Positions 46,951 to 56,682 of a DNA stretch of 64,000 nucleotides are shown one piece after another. Below the pieces are notes generated by a model. The model saw only the letters and a program-made list of their open reading frames with translations. It did no database searches and was not told the DNA's origin. Within the stretch, counting starts at the first letter, position 1; each line of letters begins with the position of its first letter. The DNA lies in assembly GCA_019828565.1 (NCBI GenBank), contig JAHDYR010000007.1, positions 79,507 through 143,506 of the forward strand, given 5' to 3'. Source of the stretch: Carpediemonas membranifera BICM (Eukaryota; Protista; Fornicata). The translations under genes and the position numbers were made by a program.

Positions 46951-49900
46951 TTACCCGTCTTTCCGGAGGTTCAGAAGGGCACGTCTGCCGTTCTGCAGTC
47001 CCTCTCTGACGGTATGGTCCTCGCTGCGGAGGAGCCAGAGCATTTCCAGGATTGCCCTTGAGTTGTACCACTCCGCCTCCTGCCCTTGCCTTAGGGCGTG
47101 GTACTGTGTGCGTAGATGCGCCTCCGCCAGGATGTCATTCCATCCTTCTGGGCGTTCTACCGCCTTGCATTGGCAGATGATGTGGCTTTGTGTTCCCAGG
47201 GGCTGGTTGTATGCCCATTCTGAGAGGATTTTGGTGGTTTCCGCCGCGGTTCTGGTGACAGTGTACAGGCGAGTAATGGTGTCACCTTCTGAGTCCAGGG
47301 TACATAGGGGGCAACACCGCTTGATCCTGCTCAGGAGGGCCTGGGGCTGGCCGATCGCGCTCCCAAGTATGGCTCTGCTTCTGCCACTGTTGCTGGGGGG
47401 AGGGGAGTGTGTTGGATGCAGTCATGATTACTCTCTTGACTTCCCGTCTGGTTATCATCTCACCCTTGATCATTCCTGGTTTCTTGGGTCTCTTCCCTTG
47501 CTGCATGCTGAGGATGACTTCCGGGGCTAGTACTGTTGCCACCCCTTTGGCCGTTCGGCTCCCGGTGTGCAGTAGTTCTTCTGCTGTGAGGGTCCAGCCT
47601 CCCCTCTTTGCTCTTTCCCTGGCGGGCATCTCCTCCTGTGTGCCCTGGAGGACGCTCCGTCGCCATTGGTAGAGGCGATGTAAGACCGATCCTCTCTCCG
47701 CTGTCGCCCAGTCCAGATTCCCTAGGGGGGTCGGACGGTCCGGGTCGTGCGCAGACTCATAGAGCCTCACCGCTCTCTGCCCCATATCTGCCTCCCAGCA
47801 CATCCATCCCATTAGTACACGGGCGGCTCCTCCTCCCCCTGGTCCTGTGCCTGCCATTAGGCCGCGCCAGTTGTTCCAGATGGCTCTTCCCCCTGGCGCT
47901 TGGCCCCAGATCTCGATCCCGAACTCGATCTTGGGCCAGAGGAAGGTTCTGAGGATGGATTCCGAGGTGGCGGCCGGGGTGGATCCTTTGGTCCACCCTG
48001 CTCTCCTTGCCAGGGCTAGGTATTTCCGGGATTGTGACGTCTTCATTTTGATGCATGCTGCCAACGGATTCTTCCCGCTGGCTAGCCAGAGTCCCAGATA
48101 CCTTGCTGAGTCTGACGCCAGTGTGGGAGTTCCTTGGATGCTGACCGCTGCAGTTACGTCGGTACTTATCACCACACTTTTGCCTGGGCTGGTCTGGAGT
48201 CCATGGGCTTCAATTACCCTGACCACTGCGTCTGTGCCTTCTTCGGCGAGCTGCGGGGTCTCGGCTGAGATGCTTGTATCATCTACAAACATTGCAATGA
48301 GGCAGTTTTTGGGCCTATCGTCCGTTGGAGGGAGGCAGGGGTCCGGGATCTCTCTATGCCGGAGGTACAGTGCCGCCTGGCTTAGCCAGTTAGCTGTGAA
48401 GAGAATGAACAGAGTGGGGGCCACCACACATCCTTGCTTGACCCCCATGTTTGTTCTGGACCATGTGCTTGCCCCTCGTACCGAGATGTACGTTTCTGTA
48501 AGTGTATTTCGGATGGCCCTCGTCAGTCTTGGGTGTACCCCCATGAGCGTCAACTTGTTCACCAGCAGGTCCCTTGGGACCGTATCATATGCTTTTGCTA
48601 TGTCAAGTAGGACGCTGGTACGGTTTCCGGACTGGTGGAGTTGGGCTAGGAGGGCTATGTGATCCACTACAGTTTTCCCTTTCATGAACCCAACTTGCTC
48701 TCTGGGGATGAACTTCTCCACCGTCGGCCTGAGGCGCCATTTCAGTATCCTCCCGTAGGCTCTGTATAGGAGGGGGGTGAGGGAGATCGGTCTGTACGAG
48801 CTGGGCGTGAGCTTGTCCTTCCCAACCTTGTGGATAGGCGACACCGCTGCATACTTCCATGTGGTTGGCATGGTCCCGCTGTCGTATACTTTCGCGAGCA
48901 GGACTGTGATTGCCTCGTACGCTGACTCGGGGAGGTCCCTCAGACAATCTCCAATAATCCCGTCCGGGCCTCCGGCCGAGGACTTCCTTATGGACTTGAC
49001 CGCCGCTGTCACTTCTTCAAGCGATGGCGGATGGTCCTCCATGTCCGTTTCCGGCTCGGTTTCCCAGGTGGGTTCCCAGGTGGGTTCCTTCCCGGAGCTT
49101 ACCTTCGCGTACTGCTCCTGGAGGGAGTCTGCAATCTCCCTCTGCCTTGCTAGAATCTTGTTTCCAGCCTTCAGCATCACCGGGAGACCGGCGTGCTGCT
49201 TCTCGTTCCAGAAGCGGAACACTTGGTTTGCGAGGATCCTTTTTGTCGTTTTGTACCCATCACGGGATCCAACCTCAACCTGCTCATTCCAGTCATGTTG
49301 GAAGGTCCTCCATGATCTGCTCAGTGCTCCGTTGAGGGACTTTTTGATATCTTTGGCGGCGGTTTTGCTCCAGGTGGAGGCTTTGGCCAGCCGTTCCCAT
49401 ACCTCACTAGGGATACGTTCCTGGTTTTCTACAGCGAATGGGTGCCTTCTGGAGGTAGCAAACCCGGTGGACAACCATTTCCTTATGAGAGTCTCCATCT
49501 CGTCCACTGGTATTTTGCTGTCTAGTGGTGGCCACTCTTCTAGCTTGGGCCCTGTTCTCCTGGGTTTGACCAGCCACGTATCGATCCGTGGGATTTCCAG
49601 TCTCTTTGATATCTCTGGTTTCCCTGTCGGGTTGCTATCCCAGGTGAGCTCTATGGCTTTGTGTGCCGACCCCCAGTGCCCGATTGTGGTCTTGTCTATT
49701 ACCCTAACAACCGGGTTTTGGATACCCCCTGTTACCGCTGCATAGTCTATTGTGGACGTTCGGGAGTTAGTCCCGTACGTCGGTGCAGTTGGTGCTATTG
49801 GGGTGAGGTTCCATCGCTGGAGGGTCATCGCAGTTGCTTGCCTGAGTTTCCCTGGCCTCCTGTTCCAGTCCCCGATGATGATGATGTCACACCCCTCATA

Positions 49901-50323
49901 GTTCGCGACGGTTTGCTCTAGCATCCGGTCGAACTCCTCAATCTCGGGTCGTGCACATCCACTATCGGGAGCGTAGATATTGATGACTGCCGTGGCCCTC
50001 GATGCTTTGAGGATGCTTACTTGGATTCGTGGGTTCGTCCCGTCGGACACGCCTACGTCCCATTCCGCTTTGGAGTGCGGGCTAATCAGTGTGGCCAGTC
50101 CCTTTGTGGGTCGCTTGCGCGTTGCCTCTAATGGCTTGACCTCTCCTGCACAGGCGTACTGGAGATCTACCCAGCAAGGGATGGTGGTATTACCGTACCG
50201 CTTGGTTTCCTGGAGGAGGATCGCATCAGTCCTTATCCTCTTGCGGATGGATAAAGCTATGGATCCGCTGTAATCGTTTGCGCCCGCTAGGTGCCCTTCG
50301 CTGTTTAGCGATATTATTCTCAT
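46951..50323 (-). CDS. LINE ORF2: APE endonuclease, reverse transcriptase, C-terminal CCHC (frameshift near 47400)
   Basis: ISLNSEG, LLQET, NIYAP, IIGDWN, IDY, SAH; YRPISL, DIAKAYDTV, GVKQG, FVDD, YLG; the shifted frame continues CPLC...HIICQC to TAA at 46951. Confidence 0.92.
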
Positions 50324-50896
50324 TCAGGTTGTTCTGACATAAACTGCGGGAGTTACCCTGCGCGCACTAATCTGCTCTTTGTAGACATTCCCTTTTTGGG
50401 CGTACCTTTTGGTGGGTTGCTGAGGCCTCTAACCGAGCAGTCGTTTCCTTTTGGGCAGGCTTGTGCCTGTATTCCCTTAGTTCCCGGCCTAGGGCATACC
50501 ATTCCCTTTCACAGTCGGGGCCTCACGATGCTTGTCGGCATTGCTGCCGGTCTCCGCTTAGCTTCCTTCCTCGCCGCATGGCAGGACCATTACCTAACGA
50601 GCTTAGGTGGGAGCGACAGTGGTTGTTGCCCCTCCCAAGGCTGGAGTTACAGCCTGCCGGACAGGCAGGGCTCTTTTTACCTTTTGGTAACCCTGCCCCC
50701 GGCCCCTGTGGGGCACAGGGGTTTGTTGAAAAAAGAATGTGTTGCATTTTTGCTCCCGCCGGAATGGTTCGCCGGTGTCCATTTGGACTTTAAGGCCCTA
50801 CTAGTCACAGCCTGGCCATACATGCTGGTTCATATATGCACTTTTAGCTCAGACTTATATCACACTACCCTCTGCACCTCTTACTTATGATTGTTT

Positions 50897-51310
50897 CTAC
50901 TCTCCTTCCTTCTCCTCGCCTCTCTTCCTTCTCAGGTCAGACCTGAAGTTATCCATCTTGGCTGCTAGGGTGAAGCTGAGGGCTTCGTTGGTTGCCGAGA
51001 GTCGGGCCGCGCGGCTGAGTAAGTCCTCGTTCTCTTCGGTTAGAGACGAGCACTTCTCCGTTGTCTTCCTGAGGTCCTTCCGCATCTCGTCCAACGCAGC
51101 TTGGGCTGCTCTCCGGGCTTCCCGTTCTTCCTCCAGCTCCTGGCTTTTGGCCTTGAGCTCGTTGATGGTTCTGGCTGCAGCTTCTTCCAGCTGTTGTCTG
51201 ACCTCTGCTTCTCGCCGGGCCATGGCTTGGTCCAGCAGGGCCGCTATGCCTCTGCCCAGGTCGGTGTCCTCCTGTCGTGCTCTTTTGGGCTGCAGGTCCT
51301 CTTGGTCCAC
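50897..51310 (-). CDS. LINE-borne short coiled-coil protein
   Basis: Heptad-rich 137-aa ORF (GTG start), possibly the tail of a longer frameshifted ORF1. Confidence 0.55.
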   Translation of the reverse strand: MDQEDLQPKRARQEDTDLGRGIAALLDQAMARREAEVRQQLEEAAARTINELKAKSQELEEEREARRAAQAALDEMRKDLRKTTEKCSSLTEENEDLLSRAARLSATNEALSFTLAAKMDNFRSDLRRKRGEEKEGE

Positions 51311-51740
51311 CTGTCTGACCTGGCGGGTCTTGGCTGATGGGTTGGGGGTATGGGGGGGGCACAGCTCTTAGTTGGAGGGGGCCCGGGCTCTGTTCGCTCT
51401 GTCCTGCTACTTTGCGGTTGTTCAGTGACAATTTGCCCGCGTGGAGGGCCATATAGGCCCCCTATGCCGCCATTCGGCAGGTAGACCTCCGTCCTCCTGT
51501 GGAGCATCTTGGCGAGTTCAGTAGCCCTTCGTCTCACCTTTGTTCGAAGCGCCTGCTTCCTCTCGGTCCTCAGTCTGTTCTTGGCGTTAGTGCTGGCGCC
51601 TTCCGGGAAAACACAGTTCAGCGTGTCCCATGGCTTCCCCCCCTTTTGGGTGTTCCACGCCTGAGCCCGCCAGGGCGAGTTTGCCTATCCAGGAGGCGCT
51701 CCTCAAGGTGCCCACTCGCCTCTTCCCTCTTTCTGCTGGT

Positions 51741-53840
51741 TCATCCGTGATACCCCAGTCCCGGGGGGAGGAACGAGGGGAGGAAGTTGATGGAGCCTGT
51801 CTCCGGGTCGACACACATGTTGGCCAGGAGTTCTCGATCGTCGGCTGGGACCTCCGTGAAGTAGTTGAAGATCTTCTTCCTGGCTTCTCTGCCCATGTGG
51901 CCTCCAGCTATGTCGAATTTGTGGACGGGCATCAAAGACGCCGCTTGGGATAGGGTCATCGTTTTGGTGTCGCTGACGTCTAGAGTAAGCATCTTTTCCG
52001 CGTCTATTTCCGTGGGCTCCCCCCTCAGGTTCGCCCAAGGGAAACCGTCTTGGACAGCGCGGCGGCGCCCGTTCCACTCCGAGTGGATTTCCAGGAGGAT
52101 GGGTCGCGCTGGTTCGCCTACTCTCGCGAGCGATTCTGGGTTTCCGATGATCACGGCTGTTCCTTCCAGGGCTCTGGTGATACCCTTTCCGGAGCTGAAA
52201 TCGTTTTCCTCCCAGTTGGTCATGATAATCTGGCCCCGTTTGGGGTTCTTGGTGCCAAAGAGGTTGACTTGTTGGGACAATGGGGTTAGGCGACCGGCCG
52301 CCACGGTGCCGAGGCCGTGTCTGGCGTTGACTTTGGTCGCCAGGTCCTTGTATTCATCATGGTACGGCGACTCCCTGCCCATGAGCATGCTTCCTAGGGC
52401 TGTGAGGTGGGCTTCTACCTGCCCCCAGTCCCAGCCTGGGTTGTCTCTCATCCAGAACGCTGTTGCTAGTCTGGCGTAGAATATGGAGACATCTGCTAGG
52501 GCGCAGTGGCAGTGGTGGGGTGCGTGCTTGTGATAGGGGCACACCACTTTTGCCTCCGGGCGCTGTTGGTACCTTCTGGTCCAGGTCCGGCCCAGTTCGG
52601 ACTGGGGTCGGGAGGGGAGGCCGGTGAGGCTCTTCTCCCCACTATTGGGGTAGAACCAGGTCAGCGTGTCGAGGATGTTGGGGAAGATCGTGTTGAGGTC
52701 AGTTTCATCCATGAGGCGTAAGCTTAGCCAGGTGCGGAGGTTCCCGTCTGGGACGAACTTCTCACTGGTCAGGATGCTTCTCTCAGCCTCGACTCCCTTA
52801 GCCACGATGTGGACGTGGGTCTTCTGTGGCCCCGAGTCGTCTTCCAGTCTCTTCAGCTCTGTAGCCATCTCGGTGCACCATCGCTTGGCGTGGGGGAAGT
52901 CTGCTTCGTATCCCTTGGGGGCTTTGCCCGTGGTGACGTCGACAAACGTAGCTGGTGGGCAGCCATGGATGTAGTGCGTGGCCCACAGACATTGGTCCAG
53001 GGCATCCACTGTGATGTCTTCCCCAAGCATCCCGTGCATGTAGTAGAGGATTTGCTCGTTGGCTGGGTCGAAAATCAGTGCCGCCCCTTCGCAAATGATG
53101 GCCTCGTCTCCTTGGTTGGATCTGGCTCTTCCTTCCTCAAAGTCCACCATAGCGATCAACTGCCTGGTGGTGTTGGCTCGTTGGGTGATATTGGAACGAG
53201 GCGGGCTAGCTCCCATGCTGGGCCCGCATGTGCCCTTGTTTGGCGTGGTGGGTGTGTCATCAGGGCCGGAAGTCCTGCTGCCGCTCGGGCCCAGGGGGGT
53301 TTCTTCTTCGTTAGTACCCAGGGCTCCATGAGATGCCCCGTCCCGTACGGGCTCTATAACTTGGGTCTGCCCCGTTGTGAGCCAGTAGTTAGTGATGTTG
53401 CGCGTCAGAAAGGAGGCAGACACCAGTTCGCGGGCAATCCTCGCGGGTGGGGGCCAGAGACGCCTGGTCTTATCCCATGCCGACCAGAGTTCGGGGAAGC
53501 CGGGGACTGACCACCGTTGGATGAGGTCTCTGACCTCCTCCCTCAGGTCTGCCTCTGCTGCCGAAGGCTCTTCTTCCAGGGGTGGGGGTGGGAAGACTGG
53601 CCTCATCACACCCTCGGTTCTGCTGTAGATGAGGATCTCCTCGACGGGGCCCTGGGTCCAGATCTGGATGGGCGTGCCGTCTGGTCTGCGGAAACCTCCC
53701 TCCGGGGGGTGAGGGGCGTGGTAGCCTTGCCCTTTGGCTAGTTCCCGGCCTAGGTCGGCCCAGAGCTTCTTGTTTTCGCGTCCTAGTGAGGGGGAGCCCT
53801 CTGGCTGCAGCTCCCGCGGAGATGGCGTGTCCGGCGGCAT
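51741..53840 (-). CDS. LINE-borne protein with a Maelstrom/arenavirus-NP-like DEDD nuclease domain
   Basis: AMVDFEEG, ICEGAALI, THYIHG, VAKGVEAE, CPYH..HCHCALADV in the expected order. Confidence 0.7.
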   Translation of the reverse strand: MPPDTPSPRELQPEGSPSLGRENKKLWADLGRELAKGQGYHAPHPPEGGFRRPDGTPIQIWTQGPVEEILIYSRTEGVMRPVFPPPPLEEEPSAAEADLREEVRDLIQRWSVPGFPELWSAWDKTRRLWPPPARIARELVSASFLTRNITNYWLTTGQTQVIEPVRDGASHGALGTNEEETPLGPSGSRTSGPDDTPTTPNKGTCGPSMGASPPRSNITQRANTTRQLIAMVDFEEGRARSNQGDEAIICEGAALIFDPANEQILYYMHGMLGEDITVDALDQCLWATHYIHGCPPATFVDVTTGKAPKGYEADFPHAKRWCTEMATELKRLEDDSGPQKTHVHIVAKGVEAERSILTSEKFVPDGNLRTWLSLRLMDETDLNTIFPNILDTLTWFYPNSGEKSLTGLPSRPQSELGRTWTRRYQQRPEAKVVCPYHKHAPHHCHCALADVSIFYARLATAFWMRDNPGWDWGQVEAHLTALGSMLMGRESPYHDEYKDLATKVNARHGLGTVAAGRLTPLSQQVNLFGTKNPKRGQIIMTNWEENDFSSGKGITRALEGTAVIIGNPESLARVGEPARPILLEIHSEWNGRRRAVQDGFPWANLRGEPTEIDAEKMLTLDVSDTKTMTLSQAASLMPVHKFDIAGGHMGREARKKIFNYFTEVPADDRELLANMCVDPETGSINFLPSFLPPGLGYHG

Positions 53841-54735
53841 GGAGGAGCCACATTGCAGCCTCCATCCCGTACTTGGTCTGGATGCCGTTGCCTGAGATCG
53901 AAGAATGTCCTGCAGCTTGCAGCGATGTTGCCACGAGCTCTAGGAGGAGCGTCCTTGCGACCTTTCCCGTTCGGGCAGTGAAGTCCGTTGCGTCATCTCT
54001 GGTGAAGACCATGGCAACGTCCCTTGTGGGAATAGCCGCATCTGCTGAGGCTCTGATGCAGTCCCATTCGTCCGGTGTGGCCAGTTGCTTGCCCAGTGGC
54101 GTTAACGACTCCTTGATCCCATTTGGGGTGGTGTTTGCGCAATCCAAGGCGTCTGGGACGCTTTGGGAGCTGTTCGAGGTCATTGTGTGGCGTGGTCTCG
54201 AAAAGTCCCGGTTATGGATTCGGCCGAGATCAAGGCCCTCCTCCACGGGGAGAAGTGATGGGGTGTGTTGCTCACTAGCTGGTGCCGTCTGGCTCGTCCG
54301 GTGGGGATGTGCTACGTACTTGGAGTAGTCCGCCTGGACTCTGGGGTAGAACACAAATTTGGGGGACCCTGGGCGAAGCCGGCTTAGTGTCTCCGCCTGC
54401 TCTAGGTCCAGCCGGTTCCCTTCAATGAATAGCCAGTATGGCTGTTGGGCGGCTTTTGTGTACCGTCTCAGGAGGGGAAGTGATGCAAACAGCTTCTTGG
54501 CCCGGCTTTTCCGGAGCTCCCCTGGGCCTTCCTTTGCTGTAAAGCTTCCCTGTTCTGGGTCTACAATCTTGTCGTATCCTATCGCGTTGCCGAGCTGGAT
54601 AATGGACGTATTTGCTTTTTCCCTTCTGGTTTTCCTGAGATCCCTTCTGGGTGCAGCCTTAAGGGCGAATAAGCCATAAATCATGCTTTCTTCCCTATCT
54701 GGCATGTCCCTGTTGGGATATTCCCCTGTTTCCAT
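53470..54735 (-). CDS. LINE-borne hypothetical ORF overlapping the 5' end of the DEDD ORF
   Basis: ~420-aa ORF in the LINE sense orientation; may be joined to 51741-53840 by a frameshift. Confidence 0.45.
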   Translation of the reverse strand: METGEYPNRDMPDREESMIYGLFALKAAPRRDLRKTRREKANTSIIQLGNAIGYDKIVDPEQGSFTAKEGPGELRKSRAKKLFASLPLLRRYTKAAQQPYWLFIEGNRLDLEQAETLSRLRPGSPKFVFYPRVQADYSKYVAHPHRTSQTAPASEQHTPSLLPVEEGLDLGRIHNRDFSRPRHTMTSNSSQSVPDALDCANTTPNGIKESLTPLGKQLATPDEWDCIRASADAAIPTRDVAMVFTRDDATDFTARTGKVARTLLLELVATSLQAAGHSSISGNGIQTKYGMEAAMWLLHAAGHAISAGAAARGLPLTRTRKQEALGRPRPGTSQRARLPRPSPPGGRFPQTRRHAHPDLDPGPRRGDPHLQQNRGCDEASLPTPTPGRRAFGSRGRPEGGGQRPHPTVVSPRLPRTLVGMG

Positions 54736-54740
54736 TTGGA

Positions 54741-55658
54741 GTGGCAAAAGGCGGGAAGTGCACTTTTGCCAGCTTCTTGGAGGGGCTTGAGGAGGTCTGG
54801 TGGAGGTTCCAAGGGGCGCCAGCCAGCGATGTCCTGGTCTTGTATGGCTCCTTTCCCTTCCTCAGGGCGGATGGTTCAGGGGCGAGGTATGCGAGGTTTG
54901 TTGCGGACCTTGTTTCCACACAAAACATGTCTGGCGAAAACCCAAAAGGGAACCTTATTGCAGGGACAGGGAGCATCGCCCCACACGGGGCTGCTGTCCC
55001 TTATTCCCCATGCGTCCGTTCCATCTCTCCTTCCACCTTCACGCCTCCTCCTGGCCATTCGGCCGGCGCCTCCGCTGCCCAGCGGTCCCCAGAGGGGGAG
55101 GTGCATTACCAGGGGTTATGCACTCCGATCCCTATCGAGTCCTTGGCCCGAGTACGGCCTGGACTCCGATTTCGGGGGCGCCGCCTCTTTCCCGGGAAGC
55201 AGGGCCCTCTTCGCACTCCGACGGGGGATCCCATATTCCCCTCCGGGCCCCAGGGTAGTCCCTTGCCTTGTGGCGGCAGGGGCTTCACCGCTCCTTCTCG
55301 GGAGTCCCCGACTCCTGGCCCGGCGACTCCTCGGGGTTGGGAGGCGCATTTCCTGCGGACCATAGCTGACGATTTTGCCCAGGTGGACGTCCTGGCCAGC
55401 CGGTGGCGGGAGCGTGCCGCTGCCTTTTCCTACCTGGCTCAGAATTACCGTGACGAGGACCTGAGTCCCCACGAGTCTAAGTCGGCTCGGGGTTTCGACG
55501 CTGAGCTGAGGGGCCAAATGCGGGTCTATAAGCGCCTTCGTGCTCGCATAGACGCCCGGCTGCACCAGCTGGTTGCCATTCACGCCCCTCGTCCTGTATC
55601 TTGTGGTCGCAGCCCGGTTGTTTCCTTCCTGGGTCGCGTCACTCCCAAGAGGTTGTGA
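54741..55658 (+). CDS. Antisense ORF within the LINE 5' region
   Basis: 305-aa ORF (GTG start) with a helical-looking C-terminal third; divergent from the sense ORF. Confidence 0.3.
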   Translation: MAKGGKCTFASFLEGLEEVWWRFQGAPASDVLVLYGSFPFLRADGSGARYARFVADLVSTQNMSGENPKGNLIAGTGSIAPHGAAVPYSPCVRSISPSTFTPPPGHSAGASAAQRSPEGEVHYQGLCTPIPIESLARVRPGLRFRGRRLFPGKQGPLRTPTGDPIFPSGPQGSPLPCGGRGFTAPSRESPTPGPATPRGWEAHFLRTIADDFAQVDVLASRWRERAAAFSYLAQNYRDEDLSPHESKSARGFDAELRGQMRVYKRLRARIDARLHQLVAIHAPRPVSCGRSPVVSFLGRVTPKRL

Positions 55659-56682
55659 GTCCTGGTAAACACCGTGATGGTTTATGCCTTTTGGCTTCGG
55701 CTGGGCGTTTCTTGTGGGGCTGTGGACGGGGCCCTCAGCGCTCCCGGTCTGTTGTCCGGTATGGCTGGTGTACTGGGGGCCTGTTGTGGTGGCCCTGTTG
55801 CCTATGCCGGCGGCGGGCGGCGATCCCGGCTCTCGTGGCGATGACGTCCACAAGCCCGGTCTTGGGCGGCATGAGAGCACGGGCGCCGGAGTAGTGTGGC
55901 CCAGTGGCCTCCCAGTGAGAGCCTATTGGCCGCCGGTCCCGGTGCTCTCGGGTTACTTTGCCATATGGCCCCAGTTAAGTTGTCTGAGGCAATCGTGTCG
56001 CAGTGCCTCTGGGGCCTACTGCGGGTACCGGTTACGGTAGGGGTTTCAATCATAAAGGTGGCGCAGTACGCTTGTTCGCGTTGATTTCCCTTGTGGGTTT
56101 GTGCGAGGAGCGTTTAGTTGCGTCTGGTCCCCTTGTGGGTCCCAGGAGCATGGGCGGTAGGTTTTGTTTGTTGTTAGAGTACTGTGTATTCTGTCAACGC
56201 TTTCCTACCGAGGCTAACTTATTCCCTTTTGGGTGGTTTTTGCCTCTGTGCATTTTTGGGCACACGAGGACGATCATCTGTTGCTCGACATAGCTTGGCG
56301 CACGGCGAGGTATACAGGGCAGGGGAGTGGGCTCCAGGTGAGGTGGTGCGCACCTCACCTGGAGCAGCCAGTTGTCCTCTGCCGGCCCGCTCTGGCGCTA
56401 ACCTGCTTCGCAACGGGCGATCTCCTCCGGGGAGCAATTTGCTTCCCCAATGTGCCCTATGGCTAGTGGGTTAGGAGAATACTTCCCATTTCTGCTCTCG
56501 TGCCCCAGAGCAGACGAACTCTTGGTCCTGAAATTACCATTTGGTGGATGCTGGCGCCGCGGGGCACCGTCGCTCGCTTCGAGCTCGAATAGCTTTCAAT
56601 GAGATCCGATAAATCCCGATTGCCAGCTTTTGGCCTTTTTCCGGTTGGTTTCGTCAACTTCCCATACCGGACATTTCAACTG

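Larger units (their letters stand above)
45927..56682 (-). mobile_element. Full-length ~10.76-kb APE-type non-LTR retrotransposon (LINE) with extra ORFs
   Basis: 15-bp TSD GATGTTCTTGTGATC at 45912-45926 and 56683-56697, splitting B's TDHKNI motif; (TTTC)5 3' tail at 45927-45946; 5' end starts CAGTT. Confidence 0.93.
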
